From: Syncephalis fuscata S228
Taxonomy: Eukaryota; Fungi; Zoopagomycota
Length of the DNA: 64,000 nucleotides
Reading direction: 5' to 3'
Assembly: GCA_025786725.1 (NCBI GenBank)
Contig: JAHLTZ010000064.1
Span: 4,706-68,705 of the forward strand
The notes under the pieces were generated by a model, which made no database searches, was not told the origin of the DNA, and worked only from the letters and a program-made list of their open reading frames with translations. Below, one piece after another: positions 52,298-64,000 of the stretch (the stretch's first letter is position 1; the number at the start of each line of letters is the position of its first letter). A program made the position numbers and the translations under genes.

Positions 52298-55227
52298 ATG
52301 GCTCGTTCCAGTGGAAAGAAGCAATCGAATCGACGTGAAGAAGCAGGAAACAAAAGTGCCACTAATGGAAAACACCAGCCACAGTCACAAGCCAGCTCAT
52401 CGGCAGCCACCGCAGCTGTTCTAACGGATTTGAACGCCAATATGCGAACGCAGGCGTCGCAAGGGCGTAACAGCAATCGACGCAGTTTATTTATGGCCGG
52501 TGATTTATTTAAACGCAACCAAAACAACAACGCTTCATCCAACAGCCATGCTCAATCTACCGCCGGCATGGATACAGCATCCAATAGTGGCACATCCACT
52601 ACAACGAATACAACAATGGCATCAGGTACATTTACCCCAGAACTTTCATCGGTCAATCAACGATTAAAGGATTCAGACACGGCGAGTATTCGTAGCAATT
52701 CAAGTGTACGTTCAAACATTGCCCAGCGTCTCCGACGTGTCTTCAGTGCATCAAATATGTTTGATAAAAGCCGTGGCAGTGACTCAGAAGGTAAATCAAG
52801 TGATCGTAAAAAGGCTATTGCATCAGCACCTGGATCACGACCCGATACACCCGATCATATTAAAGGCAAAGGTGTAGATCATTATACGGCATCGGCATCG
52901 CGTAAATCTACATCCTCTCAACACTCCAACTACACCAGCAATGGTGGTAGTGGTAGTACACGCAATAAAGAATATGGCCACAGTTCTAGTAGTCAACGTC
53001 GTCGTGCCGGCAGCTCCAGCAACAACGAACGTACCACTATTTATCAAGGCACCAATAGCAGCGGCAGTCATCACCAACCATTTAACGGTGGCCGTCCTTC
53101 ATTCTCATCGTCATCATCATCCATTTGTTCAGTTCAATATAGATCAGGCATGGCCAATGGCATGATACATACATCGTCTACTGGATCGGTGAGTTCACTT
53201 GGACAACATTCAGTAGCATCCTATCAACAACAACAACAAAGACGTGGCAGTGCTAGTAGCAATGGTACTCACCGTTCACGTCGCAGCACCTACACCAATA
53301 ATAATGGTGGTGGTAGTAGTAGTGGACACGATTCACCTGGTATGGCCAATGGTAACATTTACGCGATGTACGGTGGTGAAAATGGGTCATCTAGTTCATT
53401 AGCCTCCGCACCGGCCAATATAGCCCACTATAACCATAACAATAACCATTATACCAGTGGCAATATAGCCAATATGACACGTGAATCTAGATCTGCCTCA
53501 TTCCACGGCAATGGCAATGGCAATAATGGTGTTTATCGACGTCCAGTGGCCCCTTCACCACTTGGATCATCATCATCCGCTTCTCATTCAAGAGCAAAGT
53601 CATTTAGTGGCACTACAACCGTTACTACTGCCAATACTGCAATGATGATGACGATGACAACACCCACCACTATACATCCATCTAGCAGTAGTAGTAGTAG
53701 TAGACCTTTATGTTCACCTCAATTAATGGTAACACCTCCACCACAACACATGTTTGGTGCATCTTTACCATTCAATGGCCAACAACAGTCACCACAGTCA
53801 CCATTCCATCCACAACCTGCACCGGTAATGAATGCAAATCAAATGATGCAACGTCATTCGTGGATGCCTCAAATGGGCCGTCCAGCATCTCCGTATTTCT
53901 CTCCCGCCAATGCAAATAGTATGTCAAATAATATGTATTCTAATTCTGTGATGTCATCTCAAATGCACTCCGTTCATAATAATGTGAATGGTGGCCATGT
54001 TAATGTTGCCTTTAATACACCGATAACCCCACCATTCCCAGTAGTCCATAACAACAACCATAACAACCATAACAATGCACAATGGGAAGCCTATAGACAG
54101 AGAAACTTATCAGAGCCTATTCTAAGAACCTGTCCTACTGGCAACCCTTCATTAATGGTACCTGGACAAGGCATGTCAACCCCATCCAATGGCACATCTA
54201 ATGACAGTACTCATCGTCAGAATATGAATACATTGACTATTTCTGAAGGAGAAGAAGAAGAAGCGGAAAAGACCACACTAATGAATCAATTAAATGAAGA
54301 TGACGATGATGTATATTCAACAGAAGAAGGTAGTGAAGAGGAGGAGGATGAGGAAAGTGACGATGAAGATGAGCAACCATTAGGTAATCAGTTACTATTT
54401 GCACATCATGAACATAATCAAAATGATTCCAAATCATCGTTAATATCAACCGGCAGTACAAAAGACCGACCCATGCCCAGTCGTAGTATTCTAAAAGGTA
54501 ATTAATAGACATCCACATAGTATAAGTATTAATTAGGGGTTTGTTTATAGCTAGTGGTATTGGTACTAGTCCAGAAATGGCTCGTATGCCATCTTCACCT
54601 GCCCCATGGACTAATAGAAATTCTAGTTATAAGAATGATAGTAGTAGTAATGAAGTGACATCATCAGCATCTGAACTATCTGTATTGGATGTTACTCGAT
54701 CTCAATCTGGTTCATCTTCATCTACACTATCGAATGAAGAGGCCGAGTCATCTGTTTCTACTTCATCATCGGCCTCTTCTTCCTGTGAAGCACTACTAAC
54801 CCCGGCATCTTCATCTACTGCCGTATCCACTGTGAATGAAGCAGATGGACCATTAAAGGTCTCCTCATCTACACTTAGTAACAATGATGAAGATATTAGT
54901 GGTAGTGGTAGTGGTAGTGATATGACCACGACCCTTCAGACTAGTAGTCAACCACCACCACCACAATTACATAACAATAACAATAGTACTACTTCTAAAT
55001 CCATGGTGGTGGTGGTGGTGGACAAAGAACCTAAGCGATTCCGATTTAATGAACGTGTTCTTGTAGGCGAGACATGGCCAGCTACTGAATATGACCGTCG
55101 TGGTGAATCTATTATTAGATTAACCCCTGCACTAGCCCAAGCGATTAAAATGGAACTCAACGAATTTAAAGCGAAAGAAATGGCCGTTCATGAAGATTCG
55201 CGCATCTACACTCACCTATTAGCATAA
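52298..55227 (+). CDS. Low-complexity protein with Bni4/Phactr-like C-terminal PP1-binding domain, 2 coding exons
   Basis: ORFs are joined by intron 54498-54550. SILK motif and C-terminal KRFRFNE..TWPATEYDRRG..LTPALAQAIKMELNEFK..EMAVHEDSRIYTH. Confidence 0.8.
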
Positions 55228-55937
55228 TAGTTGTATATATAGTTATAGTTATAGTTATATATATATATGTGTGTGTGTGTATTATCTGCAATAATCTATC
55301 AATACCAATTACTTATACTGTTTCTTGGTTATGGTTATGGTGGTTGTATAGACGCGGTGACATTTCTTTACTTCTACTACTACTACTACACTTTTATTGT
55401 CTTCTATTATTATTATGCGTTTATTATTTACATTTGTGTTAACAACAACAACAACAACAACAATATTGCATCCATTGTCGTCACCTTTCTATTTTATTAT
55501 ATGATATAGTAATGGTTATTCATCAATGATATGACATTAAACATGTGTGTGTCATATTAATAAGAAGAATTCAATGACGCTTCTTTTTTAGTATGGTCCT
55601 TTTCTTCTTCTTCTTCTTCTTTCTATATCATTTCATTGCTCTTCATTTTCAAAGCATAGTTTTATTTATAATGCACTTATAAAAATTACCATTTTCATTA
55701 TCTATTCATGTTATTATAGTTTTATAAATTGTGTGGGTTTACATATATATATATATACAAATCATGGCCACAGTTTCTACTCTAGTAGAAATGGCTAATA
55801 GATATATTTATTTATACTTGTATATTGATACTAGAAAGTGAGTAAAATAGATAGATAGAGAGAGAGAGAGATAAACAAATAAGCAGCATATCAAATCATC
55901 ACTTATAATGCAACCATATAGCTTAATGACTAGTTAT

Positions 55938-58900
55938 TTATAGTTCAATAAGTGATGGGCTAATTGTATGTTGTTGTTGTTGTTCTTGTGGTGGTGGTGG
56001 TGGATAGTTGTATGTATTGGGTGTGCCAATAGGTGCTGGTTGAGGCACAGATGGTAGTGGTGGTAGATTGGGTGCAGTAGGTGCATTGGCCAATACTTGA
56101 TCAATAGTACCACCATTATTTACCTTCCATCCTTGTTGATGAAATGGATTAGAAGGTGTATGTTGATGTTGTGTACGTGTATTACTATGGGGACTTGCAT
56201 CTTTATTTGATTCCATAGTAGTATACTGTTGTGGTGGTTGATTATGGTTATTGGTCGAGTGAATGGATTGTGGCACAGGTGTGGTGGTAGTGTTGGTAGT
56301 GGCAGATGGCATAGTATAGGTAGATTGAAGTGTAGGCAATGAACTAGATAAATGATATATTAGTTAATTAATTGGTGTTTATTAGATAAACTTACTTGGC
56401 TGTTGTATAGCCACCTGTTGATGTAGGATCGGTAAATGATGCTGTTGATTGGCCAGTAGGATGACTATTACTACTATGTTCATTGGTCGTATATCCACTG
56501 GTGGGTGTGGTTGTATTGACTGTATTAATCGGTGGTTGTGGTGGTGCATTGGGTACAGCGGTTGTTGTTGTTGTTGTTGTTGCTGTTGTTGCTGTTGCTG
56601 TTGTTTGATGTGTAGGTGTTGTAGATAAAGTGGCTTGATGATTAACATAGACAGGATTAGATGTATATCCACCTCCACTATTGTTATTAGTAGTAGGTGT
56701 AGGTGTATTTAATCCATTCATTTGATGATCAGTCACCGTATTGGCTGTAGTGTAGGTAGGTTGATTAGAAGCCATTGAATAGATTGGATTGGTATGAACA
56801 ATGGATGTTGATGCCGTTGATTGAGGATAACCAATAGGTGGTTGTGATGGCATGGGTGTGGCTACATAAGATGCTGATACAGCTGGTGATAATTGAGGTT
56901 GTGGATGTGGTTGTTGTGGTATGTGCATCGACTGTGGTGGTTGTCCATTAGGATAATTGGCATTGGTATTGGCATAAGTAGGTGGATATGGTGTATCATT
57001 TATAGGTAGGGCCTGTGTATAAATGATATTGGCATAAGGTGGATTAGGCATTGGTTGTGGTACTGCCCATCCATTCTGTATTAAATGTTGTTGTTGTTGT
57101 TGTTGTAATCGTAACTGTTGTTGTTGTTGTTGTTGTGCGTGATAAGCGGCCATTTGTTGTTCTTTTAACATTGTATCATATTGTTTTTGGGAAGCAGTCA
57201 GCTTTTCGTGTAATTCAAGATAGGCACCTAATATATTATTAATTGATGATTAATAAACTGTATAAATGGTTATTGGCTTGCTAATAAATAACTTACGATG
57301 TTTTCTGGCGCTTTCTTCAAGTCCTTTAATCAATTTTGGTCTTAATGATCCTATTTGGTGATTTAATGCCTAATAGCATGATAATGGTGATGATTATTAA
57401 TTTATTGTATCTATATTAATATCCACATACCTGTACTTGACTATCTCCCATAACTGACCCATTAGTTGCCTGGAGTCGTTCTACAAGTGTTGAGAATAAT
57501 ACAATATCTCGGCATCTATAGCAGTTAGATCATTGGGATCACGTTTCTGTGTTGACTATATCATACACTAATATGTTAATGGACTAGGCTATATTATTGT
57601 AATGCTCTATCTATTACCTGAGGAGTAGAGGTGGATCGACTTGGTGGTCGGAAGACGTACGGATACGAGTATCATTACTTTGTGATATATGTGTTTCTTG
57701 TAATGATGCAGCAATGGCCGCGGCTAGATCTGGATCCTCTTCTTCCTCGTCACTCTTCTACTTTTGGTTATTACTCTGTACTATTAGATATTACAATGAA
57801 TATACTTACTTTGGTATGTACTTGTTGTTGTTGTTGTTGTTGCTGTTGTTGTTGTCGAGGTGGTGGTGCGACAGGTCGTGGGCTTGTGATTCTTTAAGAG
57901 ATAGTTCAATGGCCCGTTTCATATCCTCATCATCACTGTCGTGGCCTTCTCCAGTCGTGCCAGAAGGTCCAGAGGCAGATTGAGATCCAAGTAATAAATG
58001 GCCAGTATTTGAGGTATTGCCTGAAGTGGATCTAATGCCTTTAATAGAATGATAACAGCCATGGCATGTTCGCACTTCTTGGTGAATACCAATATGAGGA
58101 AGTGCTAGTTCATACGATGAACATGGCTGACAGAAGTTTTACCACAATTTCTACAGTGATGCTATATGAACATATATTGGTTTAATTGGTAAGTATTTGT
58201 ATGATATTGTATATTACATTGTATGGCTATTAACTTACCTTTCTGTTGGTAAACGTAAATTGTGTTCGGCATCGTTCACATAATCACTATCTGTCCAGTC
58301 AGGAGGCTAATACAGTTGGTTAGATACAGTCAATATATATATATATGTATATGATATATATCAATAGCAACGTATATATACTACTATTACTTACTGTCAT
58401 AGTATCATCATGGATGCATTCGTCTTTTCTAGTTTAGGAAAGATATGTCCTAGATGGAATAAAATAAGTAACTAGTTAATTAAATTCGTAATTCTTATTA
58501 AAAGATAATACCTGATGATACAAGTGCACGATGAACATCACAGACATATGTCAAATCTGATCGTGACTGAAAAGTATGTGACCAATTCTGAATCAAAGCA
58601 AGAATCTTATTACGTACTTCGTTGTGGTGGACTGAAGTAATCGTGTTTAAACGGGTCAGATATATATTTACGTAAAATGGCTATTATGTCAGTCAACTTA
58701 CAGGCTGATTAACAACTCGGTAAGATAATCCATAAAATCTCTGGATGCCACTTCGACCAGAAAGTGATGTCCACCATTCTTGACACAAGTGTCGGTAAGC
58801 TGTAATCCGTTATAGTATGGTTATTATTAAATATTAAGCATAGTTAGCAACCAGTTGGACTGTAATATTCCCTAGCTACCTTTAAGCCTAGCATTTGAAC

Positions 58901-59335
58901 ATTGGGATTGCGATGACTAATACGCCGCTTAAGTGCGCGGATAGCCGTTCGTGGCTCGACTTGCTTGCCTCGAATGTAATCGCATACATCTAGACTTAAA
59001 ATCAGATCCTCCTGACCTGCTGGCAAATACTCGGAAGTAGCACGGTCTATATAGAAATAGATAGATATGCATATAGTGGCAATTGTAAGTGATTAGTTGA
59101 TAATCAACAGTCATATATATATATATATATATATGCATGTATGTATGTTTGTATGTATGTATATATAAGGGGTATACTGCGCTACTATAGAGCATTCAAC
59201 AACCGATAGACTCGCCATAGCAAATAGTACTGGCTATAAGCGGTCATCATAATAGACAGAATGCACGCTGTCAAACCAATACTTACCGACAAGATCGTCA
59301 AAGGGACTAGCGCCGAATAATCTGGAAACTAGCAT
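55938..59335 (-). CDS. VPS27: Vps27/Hrs ESCRT-0 subunit (VHS-FYVE-UIM), multi-exon, with apparent 1-nt deletions
   Basis: VHS ([43 protein letters not shown]), FYVE ([37 protein letters not shown]), UIMs ([29 protein letters not shown]) and a Q/P-rich tail. Confidence 0.9.
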
Positions 59336-59838
59336 ATTGAACTGATGCTATGTAGTAGAATGTGGTATGCGTACAAAAGATAACCAATAAAGGTCAAATA
59401 GATACAGGCGCTAAACCAATACTAGTTAGGACGATGCAAGCAATATAGAAGGCGGCTCGATATTCAGTCAAGTAGATGCCTGCGTAGAAGAAGAAGAAAA
59501 AGTAGAAGTAGCGATAACGAAGCAATGAAGTGCGTGATAACAGTAATAGTCGGTAAAGTGGCAGCAAAAACAATGGGGATAGTTGCGAACGAATAATCAT
59601 TGGTCACGTGTTAATAAAGCTTTCGTCATTCAATAGATTTGAAATCTATTAAATAGTGTGTTTACTTGTAATCCATATTAAATAGTACATCAATATACAT
59701 CAGGTTAAATCAATGCTTTGTTTTTCATTTAGTATCAATGTAATTTTAAAACATTAGTGCTATGTATATCAATAAGATTTAGCGATGCATATTAATTATT
59801 TGAAATGCATTCATTTATATAGCAGCTTTTGAAAGGAT

Positions 59839-60970
59839 TTACACTCCCAAGTTGAATAGCATATTGGCGCCATTATTAGCACCGGATGGCAGATAAGTGA
59901 CATTACGAGATGCTGCCAACACTTGTGCAATCTCCTTGGATGCTTCGATGCGTCGGAACTCAATAAGACCTGGACCGGCCTTTGCCAACGCAGCCGAAAT
60001 TTGTTCGGCAGCATGTGCTTCACCTTCCGCGCGGATAATAGAGGCTAGTTTCTCCTGTTCAGCACGCTCGACAACAAATTTGGCGCGCTCTGCCTCTTGT
60101 TGCGCTGATAGTCATGACATATTAGTATTAATGTGGCTAGAAACAATTATTTTAACCAACCGATTTGCTTGGACTCTACAGCACTGGTAAATTCACGGCC
60201 AAATGTCATGTGCGTCTATCATGGTCAATAGAATTAGTACTTAGTCACTGCTCAACTAAAACTGCAGCCTACAATGGAGACATCTTCCAATTCAATGTGG
60301 AACTCCCTAGAACGACGTACTAGATCCTCACGAATACGCGATGATACCTGGGTGGTTATCAAAATAATATTAATATTGTATTGCTATTAGTATTTATACG
60401 CTTCATTCGTACCAGTTCACGCTGTGTGATCAATTCACCGGCATCGAATTGAGCCACAATACTTTTAAGCACTTCATTTACAATACTGGGCAAAACACGT
60501 TCATCGTAGTCCTGGCCAAGGTTTTGATAGATTACTGATAGCTTGCTTTGGTCAGGTCGGTGTAGCACACGTAGTGTTAGCGACACTTGCTGGATATCTT
60601 TGGACGACGTGGTCGTTGAAATGCTACGTGGCTTAGTGCGCACATCAAATAACACCGCGCGTTGTAGCCATGGCATAAGAATATGCGTGCCCTCTCCTAC
60701 TGATTGTTGCTTGACACCCTTCAAACGATCAAAGATTACTGCTCTATATCCGCCCCGTACTATCGTGGCAAATAACAATAGACCAGAGTGTGCATGTCAG
60801 TGAATTGGCTAGTCTGAGTTTCATGTGCTTAAACGCAGCAGTAGAGCTGCATTCTCAATCGCACCGACACTTACCATCAAACAAGGAGGACTGGACAAAA
60901 GCAAAGCCCAGCGTTATAGGAAGAGCATACTTAATAGCGTGTTAACGGTTGAGCTGCCCGCATTCGACAT
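59839..60970 (-). CDS. PHB1: Prohibitin 1, multi-exon (apparent 1-nt frameshift in exon 1)
   Basis: [58 protein letters not shown] and [27 protein letters not shown]. Stop at 59839-59841. Confidence 0.93.
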
Positions 60971-63900
60971 GATGGATAAATCGTGGTCAGTGTGTCGCGT
61001 CAACGAAAATAGAAAATAGAGAAAAGCGTAGATCTAAATGATGACGACCCACTTTACGTTAGTGGTGATAAACTGCCAAGTTGAAAACTGTCATTTAATT
61101 CATTATGATTTACACACAGAAGCCTTTGTTTAACTAATCAGAACTATTGCACTTTCATATCTTTTATTGACTCATTTCACCATCTTTTCTTAATACTTTT
61201 AAACACAATTAAACACTTATTTATTACTATAACATATATAATATTACATCCAACATTAATGACCATGTGTAATTATCAGTCAATAATGTATTATTAGTTA
61301 TTTTTATTATTGCTTTAATATATATATATATAATTGTCATTATGATATTAATTGTTCAAAATGTCATTTATTTAGTCAGATTGGCTATAGGAAAGGTGGC
61401 TGTTTAATAAACGACTTTTATAACAATTATATTAGTATTGATCTTGCATCACAAATATGCCCAAATGTAATAGTAGAAGAATAGAAAAAGAACAAACCAT
61501 TCAAATGCAAGAAACCATGCTGTACATGGATACAATAACAACACATGAAAAATGATATGGATCACAATCATATGGCTTCTATTAATACGCGATCAAGCTT
61601 TCTACACACGGTCAACAACAACAATGATCAGCCTCAAATGTTTCAAAGAAATCAAATAGTATGTTACATCATTTAAATCAATTTATTAGCAATATTTTAA
61701 TAGGAAGCAATATAACTATGTGCGTATAGCAATAGCATAACTCCAATTAAAACAAAGTTTGCTTTGGAGACTCCAAATGTAATATTCAAAGTAAAACTCA
61801 ACAATTAACCAGTAATAGTATCGATTGTAGTAATACTGAAATGGTAAGCTATCAGATTGCAATAGTGTAGGTGCTTGATATTAAAAAACAGTAATAATAA
61901 TGCTACTATAGCTGTTATATATACATAACCACCGTTGATTTTAAACAGTACTGGATAAGCTATCGACTGTGTACGATTTAGTCGTAAAATACTATACTTT
62001 ATTGCCATAGTAGATAACTTACAGTAAAACTTACTATATTTAAAATAAAACTCTACGTAATATTGTAAATGTAACGGTGTGCATTAGATAATTATTTTAT
62101 GCAAGCAATACTAAGCATAAATTTTGTAGCCGACTTATAATTAATGATGTGCCATGTATTTAGACGGTACAAAAATGTCAGATATTGTGACCAGCTAATT
62201 TTTAATATAATTATATAGAAGATACATTTGATAGTGATTATAAATGTATGAGTGACTATAGGCTATATTAAAGTTTATTGGCCACTGTTGGTATTGTGAT
62301 TGCGTGTATAAGAATTACAGCATATCAATATACTATGCAAACAAATTAACGTGCTGCATATTGTTAGTATAATATATTCTTTGCTGTATAGGTAGCCATG
62401 TAAAGTGGCTTATCTATGTTTGACAGCTACTATTTAGCTTATACAAACATCAAATCCTAATCAATGATTTGCATTATTCGCCTCTTTAGTCAATAACTTT
62501 ATTATTCCAGGAAGAAGTCATAGCTCAGCTATATCTATTAAACTGCAAAAGCTTGCAGCAAATATATAGCTTCGTTTAATTATATTTTATTAAGTTGTTT
62601 CAGCCATGCTCATGCTTTATTTTATCCAATGGTTAGCAAGTATTAACCAAATAGAAATAATAAACATAACTTTTCACAAATGTATATGCCACTACGGCAA
62701 TCAGCTACATCTACAAAAATACTATGAAAAGTATTATGGCCAGCATAGCAGTACAATAACATTAGCACAATAATGGTTTTTAGTTTTAATAACTAAATAG
62801 AACGTTTATCATCTGCATTACTTTTGAATGAATTAGACGGCATAATGTCTCTATAATAATAAAACCGGCATTTAAGTAGCGCAATGGCTGAATAAATTGT
62901 TGCTTATTCATAAATAATATATACTATATATTACAGTTGGAAATGGTGTGTAGATGTTATGTTATTGCTTATTTCGACTGCATGTATTACTATTAAATAT
63001 GAGCTACAAGATCGAAGATAGTTGTGTTTACTGAACATTACATGCTTGTACGTTAATGTTGTTAAGCATAACAATATTTATCTTTAGCAATAAAGCCATG
63101 TAGTGGATGAACTAGGCATATATACTAGTTAATAATAAGGCTGCGACAAACAAAAGTGCCGAAAAACAGAAAAGAACGAATAAAGGATAAAGCGACACGG
63201 TCGACATTGAACAGTAAGTTCATTGTTATTGGTTACTAATTATAAATAGATATTTGTAAATCACAAAGATGTAGACACTTGCTACGTAACAAATGAAAAT
63301 AAAACCTAGCTAAAACGCGATAACAATTACTTTTATTATTTACAGTTTGTGTTTACTTATAATATTTTGTCCTGCACCATACTTAATACTATTAAATAGA
63401 ATAACAAAAATAAAGAAGTGTCCATTAAGCTATATTATAGTTATTAGATACCGTACTTAGCGTTAGTAATTAGATTGCCGCTAGCATGCCAAAGTTGTAA
63501 ATTTTATTGTGAAATAGCAAATTGTTACATGTACAACAAGACGTAAGCCTATCAAAGATTGTATAACCTATAAATAAGACAAAACGTGCATTCATCAGGC
63601 CTTATCATAATAACAGTATATAATTATTTCACTTATTATAAAATAGCTTAATAGCCTATTTGATAGTAAACAATTAAGAAGCAGTAATATAAGTGTTAAT
63701 TATCAGCAAGTATCAAAAACTAAAACTATAGGACAACGCCAGACTAGGGCATTGCTTGATGATTTAGCAATGTGATATTTTAGTATTGCATATACATTGC
63801 AACTACATGTACATTAATTACTGATCTTTTTTAATTAATAATATATTAACGGTACTGCTAATTAGTTATTATGGCTAGCAAAAAACGACAACAGTTTCTA

Positions 63901-64000
63901 ATGGCCAGTCATTACTATATAAATTAACGTTAACAAATTAACAATTGACTTGCATTAAATAGCTGATTAATTAACATACTTTTTGGTTAGTATTTGTGTA

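Noticed and set aside
55934-57983. Overlapping poly-Q, poly-C, poly-V and poly-L ORFs
   Set aside because: These are alternate-frame or antisense readings of the low-complexity VPS27 tail.
61100-64000. AT-rich terminal 3 kb, checked for a second micro-exon array or gene
   Set aside because: No periodic AG-NNN-GT pattern, convincing ORF or repeat match was seen.
1-64000. tRNA or rRNA genes
   Set aside because: None recognised by eye. A covariance-model scan would be needed to exclude them.

Overview
AT-rich eukaryotic DNA with short (mostly ~50-95 nt) spliceosomal introns. It is most likely an early-diverging fungus, inferred from gene content and intron style only. Conventional genes: ZIP zinc transporter, cullin-4, NAD kinase, a secreted Cys-rich protein, an MBOAT/wax-synthase acyltransferase, a TM-SH3 protein, PEX11, a multi-TM RGS protein, RNF10/Mag2, an OXLD1-like protein, mitoribosomal mL38, a Bni4-like protein, VPS27 and PHB1. 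These are separated by dispersed non-coding repeats. The outstanding feature, invisible to the ORF track, is at 15168-18301. What looks like an ~80-bp AT-rich tandem repeat is a chain of 38 canonical phase-1 GT-AG introns separating 37 micro-exons (35 of 3 nt, 2 of 6 nt). Spliced by hand onto a signal-peptide/dibasic-site first exon, it reads without a stop as MKFSIAVVCTVVVALIAATAMVDANPALVRR-ANSKCTDACKAACKTQGASAPADKRAEWIKNCISGVCKC and ends on a TAA formed across the last splice junction. This is a secreted 6-Cys defensin-like peptide encoded at about one codon per exon. Other observations: ZRE-like motifs upstream of the zinc transporter, a 37-aa small gene under a GATA cluster, a 303-bp foldback, and single-base frameshifts in conserved genes that suggest assembly indel errors. 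All gene models were built by eye and no database searches were run.
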